NCBI GenBank assembly: GCA_043228905.1
Contig: JBHGNT010000005.1
Coordinates: 14,694,001 to 14,758,000, forward strand
DNA: 64,000 nt
Source of the DNA: Azolla caroliniana
Lineage: Eukaryota; Plantae; Polypodiophyta
Direction of reading: 5' to 3'
A program made the position numbers and the translations under genes. This document shows, piece by piece, positions 39,623 through 49,382 of this stretch. The notes under the pieces are model-generated. The model ran no database searches, was not told where the DNA came from, and worked only from the letters and a program-made list of their open reading frames with translations. How positions within the stretch are numbered: the stretch's first letter is position 1; each line of letters opens with the position of its first letter.

Positions 39623-42600
39623 TCACGTGTTCATGACACTATCCCTCCTTCGAGAACGCCGAGTGGAAGTCGGCGTTAACATTGTTGGGCCAGGCTTGTT
39701 TGGATAGTGACGATGGAAGTCGTTGACTAGAGCTTTAGCATTACAAACGTTATCGATGGGTTCCCAAGTGCGATCACTCGGAGGATAACCAAGCCAATCA
39801 ACTAGATAATAAAGCTTATTGCGCACAATCTTAGAATCGAGAATAGCAGCTACCTCGTATTCGGGGCCGTCCACAAGTTGTACAGAAGGCGGTGGTGGCA
39901 CGACACGATCAGGAATTAAAGAGGTGTGGCAAGGTTCCAAAAGAGAGCTATGAAAGACAGGGTGAAGCCGCATAGGTGCAGGAAGGTTAAGACGAAATGT
40001 TGCATCATTAATCTGCGCCGTGATGACAAAAGGACCTAAGCGTTGATAGTCAAGCTTAGCACACGGTCGGGTAGTCTTGATGTGACGACGAAGCAACCAT
40101 ACACGGTCACCAACCTTAAACAGAGACTTAAGACGATGTCGATCGGCATTGGTCTTATGGTGTGCTTGCGCTTTCTGAAGATGTGACGATAACTCGAACT
40201 GGATTTGTTGTAGTCGGTGGAGGTGATGCGCCGCACTAGGGTTTCGTGACACCTCGGGAAGATCCAGTATACACCATCGAGGGTGGTTGCCGGTGTAGGC
40301 AAACAAAGGTGTAACTTTGGTAGAAGAGTGGACTGTGTTGTTGTATGCAAACTCAGCAAGATGTAAAATTTTACTCCAATCATCTTGTTGATAACTAATG
40401 AAACATCGAAGATATTGCTCGAGCGTTTGATTTGTGCGCTCTGTTTGTCCGTCAGTTTGTGGATGATAAGCCGAAGAGAGTTTGCAAGAGATGTTGAGGC
40501 CTGCCCATAGGTGCTTCCAAAAGTGTGAGATAAATTGAGGACCTCGATCGCTAATAATATCATTCGGGAGACCATGATGGCGAAACACTTCACGCATAAT
40601 GAGATCTGCAGTTTCTTCACTATTGATGGTCTTTACACATGGTACAAAATGTGCCATCTTGGTGAACCGATCCACTACTATTAAAATAGTATCAAAGCCT
40701 TTGGAAGGTGGCAGATCCGTAATGAAATCCATAGAAATAGACTGCCATGGCTTGTTGGGAGGGGGTAATGGTTGTAGTAAGCCATAAGGGTGATGCCGGG
40801 GTATTTTGGCGCGACAGCAGGTGTCACAAGTGCGAACATAATCTTCGACAAATTTTTGCAAGTGAGGCCACCAAAACGAACGTTTCACCAACTCAATGGT
40901 CTTGGAAATACCAAAATGTCCAGCCATGGGGGCATCATGACAATGTTCCAACACTTGAAGTCGGGGTGATCCGTCGGGGACGTAAAGGAGATTCTTGTAG
41001 AAGAGTAAACCATCTTGCCACTTGAAGTCCTGATAATGTTGAGATGACCCTGGCAATGTGGAGCAAGATGGACGACTTGAACCACAGTGGGCTAAGACAT
41101 CCTTAGCAAAATCATCCGAATGAAGTTGTTGCCGAATAGTGTCAAGAAGGGTAGAATCAAGTGATGTGGCATAAATTGTTGTTACCTGTAGCTTTGATGG
41201 CCCGAGGAGAGTTTGCTTTTGATTGTCAAAGGCCGGATCTCCAGGTCGAAGTGCTAGATACGAACGCCGAGACAGAGCATCTGCTTTCCCTTGTTTTCCG
41301 GGGCGAAAAATGATCTTGAAATCGAAACGCGTTAGAAATTGGGCCCACCGAGCTTGTCGTCTATTTAATACTTGAGCTGTTTGAAAATATGTGAGATTTT
41401 TGTGATCACTATAAATGATAATCTGATGAGGTGATCCTTCTAGAAAATGACGCCATTGCTCGAATGAGTCGACCACAGCTAGTAACTCCTTGTCATGCAC
41501 CTCATAGTTTATCTCCGAAACAGTAAACTTTCTCGAGTGAAACGCGACTGGATGTATCTGCCCGTCCTCGCCTGGTTGCGATAGGATACTCCCCAATGCA
41601 AAGTCTGATGCATCCGCCTCAATAGTAAATGGCTTTTCAGGATCAATATGTGCTAGGATGGGTGCTGATGTGAATGCCTCTTTAAGTTGCGTAAAAGCCT
41701 TGTCCACTTCGATACTCCAAAAAAATGCTTGATTTTTCTTGGTGAGTTGAGTAAGGGGCAACACAATGCTTGAATAATTATGTATGAATTTGCGATAGAA
41801 GTTCGCAAATCCGAGGAAACACTGGACATCCCGAATTGAGCATGGGGGTTTCCATTCCAATATTGTTTGGACTTTTGCCGGGTCCATGAAAACACCCTGG
41901 GATGAAATGGTGTATCCCAAAAATTTGACTTGTTTGCAATCAAAACTACATTTCTCAAGTTTGGCGTAAAGACCATACTTCCTTAGGCGTTCAAGTACTT
42001 GCCGCACATGTATATCATGCTCCCCCTGTGTTTTAGAGTAAATCAATAGATCATCTAGGTAGATGATTAGAAAAATATACAAGAAATCCCGGAAGATGTC
42101 ATTTGCCATATGTTGGAATACAGCAGGTGCATTTGTGAGCCCGAAAGGCATGACTGTATACTCGAAATGACCATACCGAGTACGAAATTCTGTTTTCCAC
42201 TCATCTCCCGGCCGAATTCGAACAAGATTATATGCACCCCTTAGATCAATTTTGGTAAAATGCTTTGCCCCACCAATGCGTTCTAAGAGATTGGAGATTA
42301 AAGGTAAAGCATACCTATTCCTTATGGTGACTTTATTTAAGCCTCGATAGTCCACGACCAAACGAAGGGAGCCGTCCTTTTTCTTCACAAAAAAGATAGG
42401 AGCACCAGCTGGAGACTTTGAATGTCGAATAAACCCATGTGCAAGATTTTCCTCGATGTATTCTCGAAGAACCTCAAGCTCAGTGGGTGATAAATTGTAA
42501 ATCGGACCCCACGGAGGCTCTTTTCCTGGTTGGAGATCAATAGGACAGTCGTACGACCGATGCTTTGGAAGAACACTAGCTTTGACTTTGTCGAAAACAT

Positions 42601-43249
42601 CATCATAGTCTTGATATTTTTTGGGAATTTGGATGTCTGAATTCCCTTGAGTGACACTAGAAGGTGTCACTGATACTGCAAATAAGAAAAGGTCCTCCTT
42701 GCCTCCCACTTGGTGCAATTGTTGCAATGTGATGGCTGAAATTTGATGAGAAGGATATGGTGCATCGGTAGAACTATATACTTTGGGAGGATAATCCCGA
42801 GTTCGATCCTTGACAATGATATTTTCTGCTAAAGGGCACCTAATTTCTCGCTTCCTCCAATCGATTCTAGGGTTATGTAGCTCGAACCATGGCAAACCGA
42901 GGACAATTGGATGCTCAGGACTACGGATTATGTTAAAGGAAACTACACATCCTAAATCACCCAAGAGTATGTGTATTGGCTCAGACTCTTCAAATATCTT
43001 CCCGGAAGCTATGGGGCGTCCATCAATCACTACTACGGAAACTGGACAAGGAAGTGTATGCAAGGATATTTGGTGTTTTTGGGCAAAATCTCTATCCATG
43101 AAACAAGAATTGGCTCCAGTATCTAAGAGGGCTTGGACTTGAAGTTGACAACTGGGTGTCCTAACTTGTACTAGGGCTGAGAAGACTCTACTAACATGCT
43201 TGGAAGAAATGGAACCCACACTAGGTTGTACATATCTAGGGTTGTCCAA
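39623..43249 (-). CDS. pol: Pol polyprotein of H (protease, RT, RNase H, integrase, chromodomain)
   Basis: Uninterrupted 1208-aa ORF: ALLDTGA, YLDDLLIYS, EADASDFALG, HDAPMAGH...CDTC, SMDFITDLP, ISDRGPQF, YHPQTDGQTER, chromodomain EYEVAAILDS...YLVDWLGY...TWEP. The frame is open upstream to about 43311. Confidence 0.95.
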   Translation of the reverse strand: MDNPRYVQPSVGSISSKHVSRVFSALVQVRTPSCQLQVQALLDTGANSCFMDRDFAQKHQISLHTLPCPVSVVVIDGRPIASGKIFEESEPIHILLGDLGCVVSFNIIRSPEHPIVLGLPWFELHNPRIDWRKREIRCPLAENIIVKDRTRDYPPKVYSSTDAPYPSHQISAITLQQLHQVGGKEDLFLFAVSVTPSSVTQGNSDIQIPKKYQDYDDVFDKVKASVLPKHRSYDCPIDLQPGKEPPWGPIYNLSPTELEVLREYIEENLAHGFIRHSKSPAGAPIFFVKKKDGSLRLVVDYRGLNKVTIRNRYALPLISNLLERIGGAKHFTKIDLRGAYNLVRIRPGDEWKTEFRTRYGHFEYTVMPFGLTNAPAVFQHMANDIFRDFLYIFLIIYLDDLLIYSKTQGEHDIHVRQVLERLRKYGLYAKLEKCSFDCKQVKFLGYTISSQGVFMDPAKVQTILEWKPPCSIRDVQCFLGFANFYRKFIHNYSSIVLPLTQLTKKNQAFFWSIEVDKAFTQLKEAFTSAPILAHIDPEKPFTIEADASDFALGSILSQPGEDGQIHPVAFHSRKFTVSEINYEVHDKELLAVVDSFEQWRHFLEGSPHQIIIYSDHKNLTYFQTAQVLNRRQARWAQFLTRFDFKIIFRPGKQGKADALSRRSYLALRPGDPAFDNQKQTLLGPSKLQVTTIYATSLDSTLLDTIRQQLHSDDFAKDVLAHCGSSRPSCSTLPGSSQHYQDFKWQDGLLFYKNLLYVPDGSPRLQVLEHCHDAPMAGHFGISKTIELVKRSFWWPHLQKFVEDYVRTCDTCCRAKIPRHHPYGLLQPLPPPNKPWQSISMDFITDLPPSKGFDTILIVVDRFTKMAHFVPCVKTINSEETADLIMREVFRHHGLPNDIISDRGPQFISHFWKHLWAGLNISCKLSSAYHPQTDGQTERTNQTLEQYLRCFISYQQDDWSKILHLAEFAYNNTVHSSTKVTPLFAYTGNHPRWCILDLPEVSRNPSAAHHLHRLQQIQFELSSHLQKAQAHHKTNADRHRLKSLFKVGDRVWLLRRHIKTTRPCAKLDYQRLGPFVITAQINDATFRLNLPAPMRLHPVFHSSLLEPCHTSLIPDRVVPPPPSVQLVDGPEYEVAAILDSKIVRNKLYYLVDWLGYPPSDRTWEPIDNVCNAKALVNDFHRHYPNKPGPTMLTPTSTRRSRRRDSVMNT

Positions 43250-43275
43250 CCAAATGGCTCCTATTTTGGCCGGAC

Positions 43276-44439
43276 TTATTCGTTTGACTCCTCTTCTAAT
43301 TGGCTTAGGACTTCAAATTTATTGGACAAGGGTGGATTATTCATAATATTAGATTCACTAACTACTTCTAAAATGTTGGACTCATTTTTATTGTCATAGT
43401 GAATTTGATTTACCTGACGTCTCGGCCTACGGGAGCAATGAATGACTATATGTCCTGGACCTCCACAATATAAGGACAGATGGTTTGCTCGACGACGTTG
43501 CTTCTCTTCGTCTGACAACGGTCCTCGTCATTGAGTCATATCGATCTCCATGGGTGTAGGACTATCCATTGGAATTGGACTACGTGTTTGCCTTGGAGTT
43601 GGAGCAGGGCTATACATTTGCCTTGGGGATGATTGCGATGTTACTAATGCATAAGTTGGTGTGAATCTTGATCTTGTTATTTGTTGTTGTCGCTCACATC
43701 GACACTCAAAAAGGCGATTATCACACCGTATTGCTCGACTAATAGCTTCTATAAGTGACCTTGGATCCTCGGGGAAGGTAAGAAGTAAGTCTTTGACATC
43801 ACTACGAAGGCCTGAACGGAATTGCTCCATTAGGGCTTGTTCATCCCAAGGAATATCGCTTGTGATGAGACGGAAATTGGCAGCATATGTTGAAGCTGGT
43901 TGATCACCTTGACGAAGTGTACGAATCTTATTGATAGCTGTTCTCGCCCCATCAGTATCTCCGAAACAAGCCTTAAATTCCTTGATAAATTCCTCGAAAT
44001 TATTCAGTAGAGGAGAATTGGTCTCTAGCAATGGAGCAAACCACGACAACGCTATGCCAGTCAATAAAGTGCCCACTAGCCCGACTTGTGATGCATCTGT
44101 TGGATAACGTGCGGGATGCATTTGAATCACCAACCGTACTTGATTAAAAAAACCTCGGAAATGCGCCCTCGACCCATCAAATTTAGCTGGGAGGCTAATT
44201 TTGGGCTCCTTGATAAGTCCCTGACCTTCAACCCTTTGTTGTTGTAACACGATGATTGTCGACTCTAACTGTTGCACTCGTCGCGTGAACTCCTCTTGTT
44301 GTTGTTGCTTCTCTATAGTAACCTTTTGTAGATCCCCAAGTAGACGTTGATTCTCTACTTCAAGAGATGCGAACTTGGATTTAAGGTTCTCCATTTCTGC
44401 AACAAGGGTGAGATATTCTTCCGAGTTAATGGCAGCCAT
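43276..44439 (-). CDS. gag: Gag of H with one in-frame premature stop (43528-43530)
   Basis: Coiled-coil N-terminus, EPKISLPAKFDGSR, LRQGDQPASTYAANF, PMEID, degenerate zinc knuckle SLYCGGPGHIVIHC. ORFs 43528..44646 and 43276..43518 are in the same frame. Confidence 0.88.
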
Positions 44440-44487
44440 GGTTTCAAGATGGTTACAAAGGAGGATAAGAGAGAGAGAGAGAGAGAG

Positions 44488-44499
44488 AATTCGAATCAA
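44488..44499 (-). promoter_or_regulatory. Self-priming primer-binding site of H (TTGATTCGAATT)
   Basis: Lies 2 nt inside the 5' LTR and does not start with TGG. It is the exact reverse complement of LTR positions 44620-44631, about 32 nt downstream of the TATA box. Confidence 0.8.
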
Positions 44500-44688
44500 A
44501 CTGTCAGAACCAAGGATAAAAGATAGAGTGATGGAAGAAGGATAGAGAAGAATGGATGTATAAGATAGAGAAAGAAAGAGAATGGATACAAGATATGAAA
44601 TGAGAGCTAAAGACTGGTGTTGATTCGAATTGATTTGAGAATACATGTATGCGCTTATTTATAGGTTCCTATAGAATAGCTTAGAGAT

Positions 44689-44711
44689 TTCTAGAATGTT
44701 CTAGAATGTTC
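44689..44711. promoter_or_regulatory. Perfect heat-shock element in the U3 of H (copy at 39427-39449)
   Basis: TTCtaGAAtgTTCtaGAAtgTTC: five alternating nGAAn units about 25 bp upstream of TATAAATAA (44655-44663, minus strand). Confidence 0.8.
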
Positions 44712-47278
44712 TAGACCTAGAATGCTCTAGGACATTCTAGAATAATCTAGAGTTTTTACAATAATCAATGTAATACAAGAAGTAGCTTTTATTGTTTCAT
44801 ATAACAATAAGCTATCTTAATGGTTGAGGTTTTCAAGTATGAATTACAAGGTTCGAGGTTCAAGTCCGGGTGACGCCATAATGGTCATGTGTTCATGACA
44901 GCCAGGGCCAAGGAATTAGCGGCCATTATGGCAAACATGGGCCACAACACCAGCTCAGAAAGAAATCTGGCAGAACTAGAAGGAACAAAAGAAAAGGATC
45001 TGACAAAGGAGACAGAACAAGTGCCTAGAGCAACACTAATAAATGAGCGTGAGTGGGAGAAGGAAATACAAGCGCTCAAGGAAGAATTGGTCTCACAAGC
45101 GGCTTTACGAGAAAGAGAAAGAGACTTGAGAAAGACAACCGAGGAGGAACAACAGGGAATCGAGGAAAGTCTCTAGAAGACACAGAGCAACACGGACCGA
45201 CTGAAGGAGAAAAAAGAAAGTTTGCTGCAAGAAAAAGACAAGCTCTGGCGAATGATAGAGACAGAGATAGAGTGATTAAAGGAAGAAATCTAGCAACAAA
45301 AGAACTGGGATGATTGGTTGCGATCACAAACCAACTGGTGCCTAAAGCAGAAAATAGAGGACTTCGAAAAGTTGTACCGGGATCATAAGCAGTTGGAGAC
45401 GGACCACAAGAAGTTGGGGTCGGACTATGACTGGCTGTTGAGACAACGACAAAGGTGTTGGAGGAAGCGGCAAAGGAGCGCATGGAGCTCGTGTCGCAAC
45501 ACTATCAAGAGTTAGAATGGGCAAAGATGGTGTTGGATAGGGTGCAAACAACCTACCAAGCCAAGTTGATGGAATATGAAATACACGCAACAACAACGAT
45601 GAATCTCATCAAACAACTAAAGAACGAAAAGAAGGCCACGGAAAACAAAGTAAAAATGGGCATTCAGAGAATCCGAATGATTGTCGGACCATGGAGGGAC
45701 TAGACGAAAACAAGGATAGATGATTGTTTGACGACGGTATGGAATAAATGGTCGAAACAAGCGGCGGAACTCCAACTGCGCCAAGTGGATGCGAGAAACC
45801 AGAAGAAGGCCAATGAGAATTTTTATAAGATGGATGAGGAAAGCATTGTCACCATCCAAGAGGGATTGTCAGTCAAATTTTTTGCCCTGGCCGAAACTCA
45901 AATAGAGGCTATCCGGAAGCTCATCGACAAGAAGATGATCAACTCGACGTGCAACTACAATTTGAGGGCTATGAGTGGTAACAACGGAGGAAGGAAGCTG
46001 AACAACGAGTAGAACAAATCAATATCATTGATGAGGAGCAATCGACGGAGCCAAAGACCTCTACACCACAACAGTCGGGAATGGAGACAGATATACTGAT
46101 GGAAACAGAGCTGGACCCATAATGAGAGGAGGAGACAGAGAGGGCTGAACCGAAGCAACAACAATGCCCTCAGCAGCCAGAACAACAACAACCACCGAAG
46201 CAACAACAACAGATGATGGAAGAAGAACCACTCGAACCCTTGGACCAGAGTATTTTGGACATACTCGATGAACATTAAAGCAACTAACCCGTGGGTTCGA
46301 CGTGCAAGGCACTATCCCACGGGTGTGCCATGTGTTCGGCTAGGAGTATGTTCCGGAGTAGTATGAACGGGGACGAGTCGGAGCATAATTATTAGTATAA
46401 TTAATAGTCAAGTAATATTAGAAGAAGGACGGATCCACACTGATTGATAGCCGGTAGCCGGTAGCCGGTAAGGCACTGTTTTTGTAAACTCTACCGAACA
46501 CCTATAAAAGGGTCCGTATTGATGTTTAAAGTTAACGGAAGTAATACAAGATTAGTGACATGTTGATCTTAATGCTATTGTTTACCTGTCGTTCTGTGCT
46601 TTAATTATTAATCTTACGTGTGTTATAATTAATCGGAGATGTATTGAGTAATTCGGATCGGAATCGGATAAACACCGGATAACATCCATATCCTAACCAC
46701 CCCTTTGGAGAAGTGTTCCGGAATAGACACCTTGTGTTTGTGGCTAAGTCTTGCCCAAGATAAACACGACTCATTAGGTAGACAGTTGTGTATATTACTT
46801 CTGCCCAATATGACTTTGACATGTTCTTTTACTATAACATAGTTTGTGTGACCACGAATAATGAGATTCTTTCATTCACCAACTCTATTTTGTTGGGATG
46901 TGTGGTGACAAGTGAATTCCCGAAGGCATTGGCTAAAAACACCTTTGAGAAGTATCTTTTGCCATCATTTAAATGTAATCATTGAACCTTTTGACTTGTC
47001 TCTTTCTCCATTTGGAATATTCAATCTTTAGAAGTGAGTGAACACTTCACTCTTCTTTTGCATTAGGCATATCCATGCATGTTGGGCAAAATAGTCAATG
47101 AAGGTAACAAACTACCTACATCCATTGTATATTTCATTTTAAGTTGATCCCCATACATCTAATGGATGTCACCTAACAACCCTTTGATCACATTCTTTTT
47201 GTTAGGGAATGGATGCTTATATTGTTTGTTGACAAGCATTGCATAGTCAGTCGATTTCAAACTTACCAACAATCTAGT

Positions 47279-47945
47279 TGTTGAGCGAACAAGCTCAACA
47301 TGATTTGGATCGTAATCCGGAACAAGGAGCCGGATCGACATCCGGAACCAAGAGCCGGATTGGTATTCGAAACAGTGTATAACCGGTAGGCCGTTAGAGG
47401 GCTACGATCCTAGCCTAGTAGATAGGCATATTTTTAGGAGTTAGTGTCAGAGCTCACTCAGTTATGAGCATTGAAGTACTTGTCAGTACTTCTATCAATC
47501 CTTTTCAGGACTTTTATAAAAGTGCTCTCTGAGCACATTCGATGTGCAGAGTGTTTTGTAGAGTATTTTTGAATAGAGTTATCTGTGTTTTGTTGTGTGT
47601 GTGTGTGTGTGTGTGTGTTATGAAGTTTTCCATTAAACCTTCATTGTATTTCTGTTGCTATCCGGCTGAGCCGGTTGTGTCTACGAGCTCCTGCATGTAA
47701 CTCTTCACATGGTATTAGAGCGTGAGGGTTGAGAATCCTGTGTTGCGACACAAAGTGCTTAGACAGACCAAAACCTAGCTTCCGGTAAAGAATAGAAAGA
47801 AAGAAGTAGGACATGGACAAAAGCATGACAAGCTCTCTTCCTACAGAAAAGCTCCACCGGAGCAACTACACATCTTGGTCATACAAGATGCTCCAGTATC
47901 TATTGGGACACGACTACTGGAGTTACGTAGAAGGAGCAAACGAAG
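47279..47945 (+). mobile_element. 5' end of Ty1/copia element (I): LTR, PBS and start of gag; interrupted by J
   Basis: LTR TGTTGAGCG...TTCACA 47279-47709; PBS TGGTATTAGAGC; gag MDKSMTSSLPTEKLHRSNY. Confidence 0.85.
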
Positions 47946-49164
47946 TGTCACAGATGAACAATTGGAAGATAAAGAGATGGGGAAGTTGATGACAATGAGT
48001 AAGAATATCTATTCCATGACTGGCGTTGATTTCCTTGATGTTAACAAGGGAGATCAACCCTTTTTATAATATCAAGCCAAGTCTTCATACTATAATATCA
48101 AGCATACTAATTCTTGCATGCAAAGTCTTACATACTGAGTCTTATATACCACTCTTTATACAAAGGTTTAAAAACTAAAGTTTGTCTGGGAGAAATATAT
48201 ATATATACAAGAACCTAAGGCTAAAATTCGAGTCGATGTTCATGACATTATCCTCCCCTTAAACGCCAACTTCAAGAAGGTGCAGGTTTGTGAGGATATC
48301 GGAGATGAAAATCATGAACCACTTCCGAGGCATTGAGTAAATTTCTAGCGGGCTCCCATGTGGCCTTAGAGATGGGATATCCTTTCCACAAGACCAAATA
48401 CTAGAGCTTCCGTCGGCTCTTGTGCAAGTCTAGAATGGTCTCAACTTCATACTCATCCCCAGGGGGGGTGGCTCGATGCTTCTTCCTGGAATTGAGGATG
48501 GATGATAGAGCTCAAGAAGTGATGCATGGAAGACATTGTGAATTCGGTGGTGTAATGGAAGAGCAAGACGGAAAGCCACAAGGTTGACTTTGTCAATGAT
48601 GTGGAACAGACCCAACTTTTTGTAATCGAGTTTGTTGCATGGGTGAGTTGTCGGAATATGCCGACGTAATAGCCCGAACATGTCACCAACTTTAAAACTA
48701 GGTGCAGCCCGCCAATGTCGATCAACCTTCTCTTTGTGTCATTCTTGAGCAATGGAGAGTTCTAGGGATAGATCATGATGCACTTCTTTCATCAGACGAG
48801 CTCGGTCTTCAGTAGATGGATTCACAGAACCAACAGGGATAGCTATGCTAAAGCGTGGGTGGAGCCCATAATTTACGAAGAAGGGTGTTACGGTAGTTGA
48901 TGTGTTGAGAGTATTGTTGTAGGCGAACTCGGCCATTGGAAGAAATTTGATCCAATCGTCTTGTTGATAACTTATCATACATCAGAGATATTGCTCTAGG
49001 ATCTGATTCACTTGTTCCGTTTGGACATTTGTCTCAAGATGGAAGGCTGTTGAAAATTTTGTGGAAGTTCCAAGAGTCTAGAAGAGGCGTTTCCAGAAAT
49101 GAGACATAAATTGGGGACCGGAATAAAAAATAATGTCATCCAGTAAACCGTGAAGGCACACGAT
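47946..49164 (-). mobile_element. 3' end of a second, degenerate chromovirus (J): LTR, PPT, chromodomain and integrase
   Basis: LTR 47946-48247 ends gttcatgaca, as in H; PPT aaggggaggataa; peptides QQDDWIKFLPMAEFAYNN, KLDYKKLG, IHNVFHASLLE and LHGL.DDII..GPQF. Confidence 0.85.
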
Positions 49165-49343
49165 TGTTGTCTGTCGGAATAGTAACCGACGGACAGAAGT
49201 GAAGAAGTATTATAATATAGTAAAAGCGTAAGAAACGTATGTAACGGTTCACGTGGGAGGTGTGAACGGCTAAAAGACCTTGTCCTGTGTATATAAAGGG
49301 AAGTGTAAACGTAAGTGTTTGCGGAAGCGTAAAACAGAGAACA

Positions 49344-49382
<39 letters not shown>

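Larger units (their letters stand above)
39240..44900 (-). mobile_element. Young Ty3/gypsy chromovirus (H), Tcn1/Tf1-like
   Basis: 399-bp LTRs 39240-39638 and 44502-44900 differing at one position; TSD GCCAG; PPT aaggagggatag; domain order PR-RT-RH-IN-chromo. Confidence 0.97.
38629..46766 (+). mobile_element. Non-autonomous LTR element (F) with a degenerate coiled-coil ORF and no gag/pol; interrupted by chromovirus H
   Basis: Related LTRs 38629-39064 and 46333-46766 (TG...CA); TSD CAACT/CGACT. The interior 39065-39239 plus 44906-46332 encodes E/K/R/L-rich heptad-like peptides. Confidence 0.8.
37790..47278 (-). mobile_element. Old, decayed Ty1/copia element (G); base layer of the nest
   Basis: Integrase text MSKSYWAEVIYTTVYLMS (46767-46822) continues as ..CTIDEAHNITLHE left of 38629. 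RT-like remnants lie at about 37800-38100 and pre-integrase (QYKHPFP) at about 47200. Confidence 0.7.

Noticed and set aside
46240-46332. Hammerhead ribozyme (retrozyme) in element F
   Set aside because: No CUGANGA...GAAA core with compatible stems could be found by eye.
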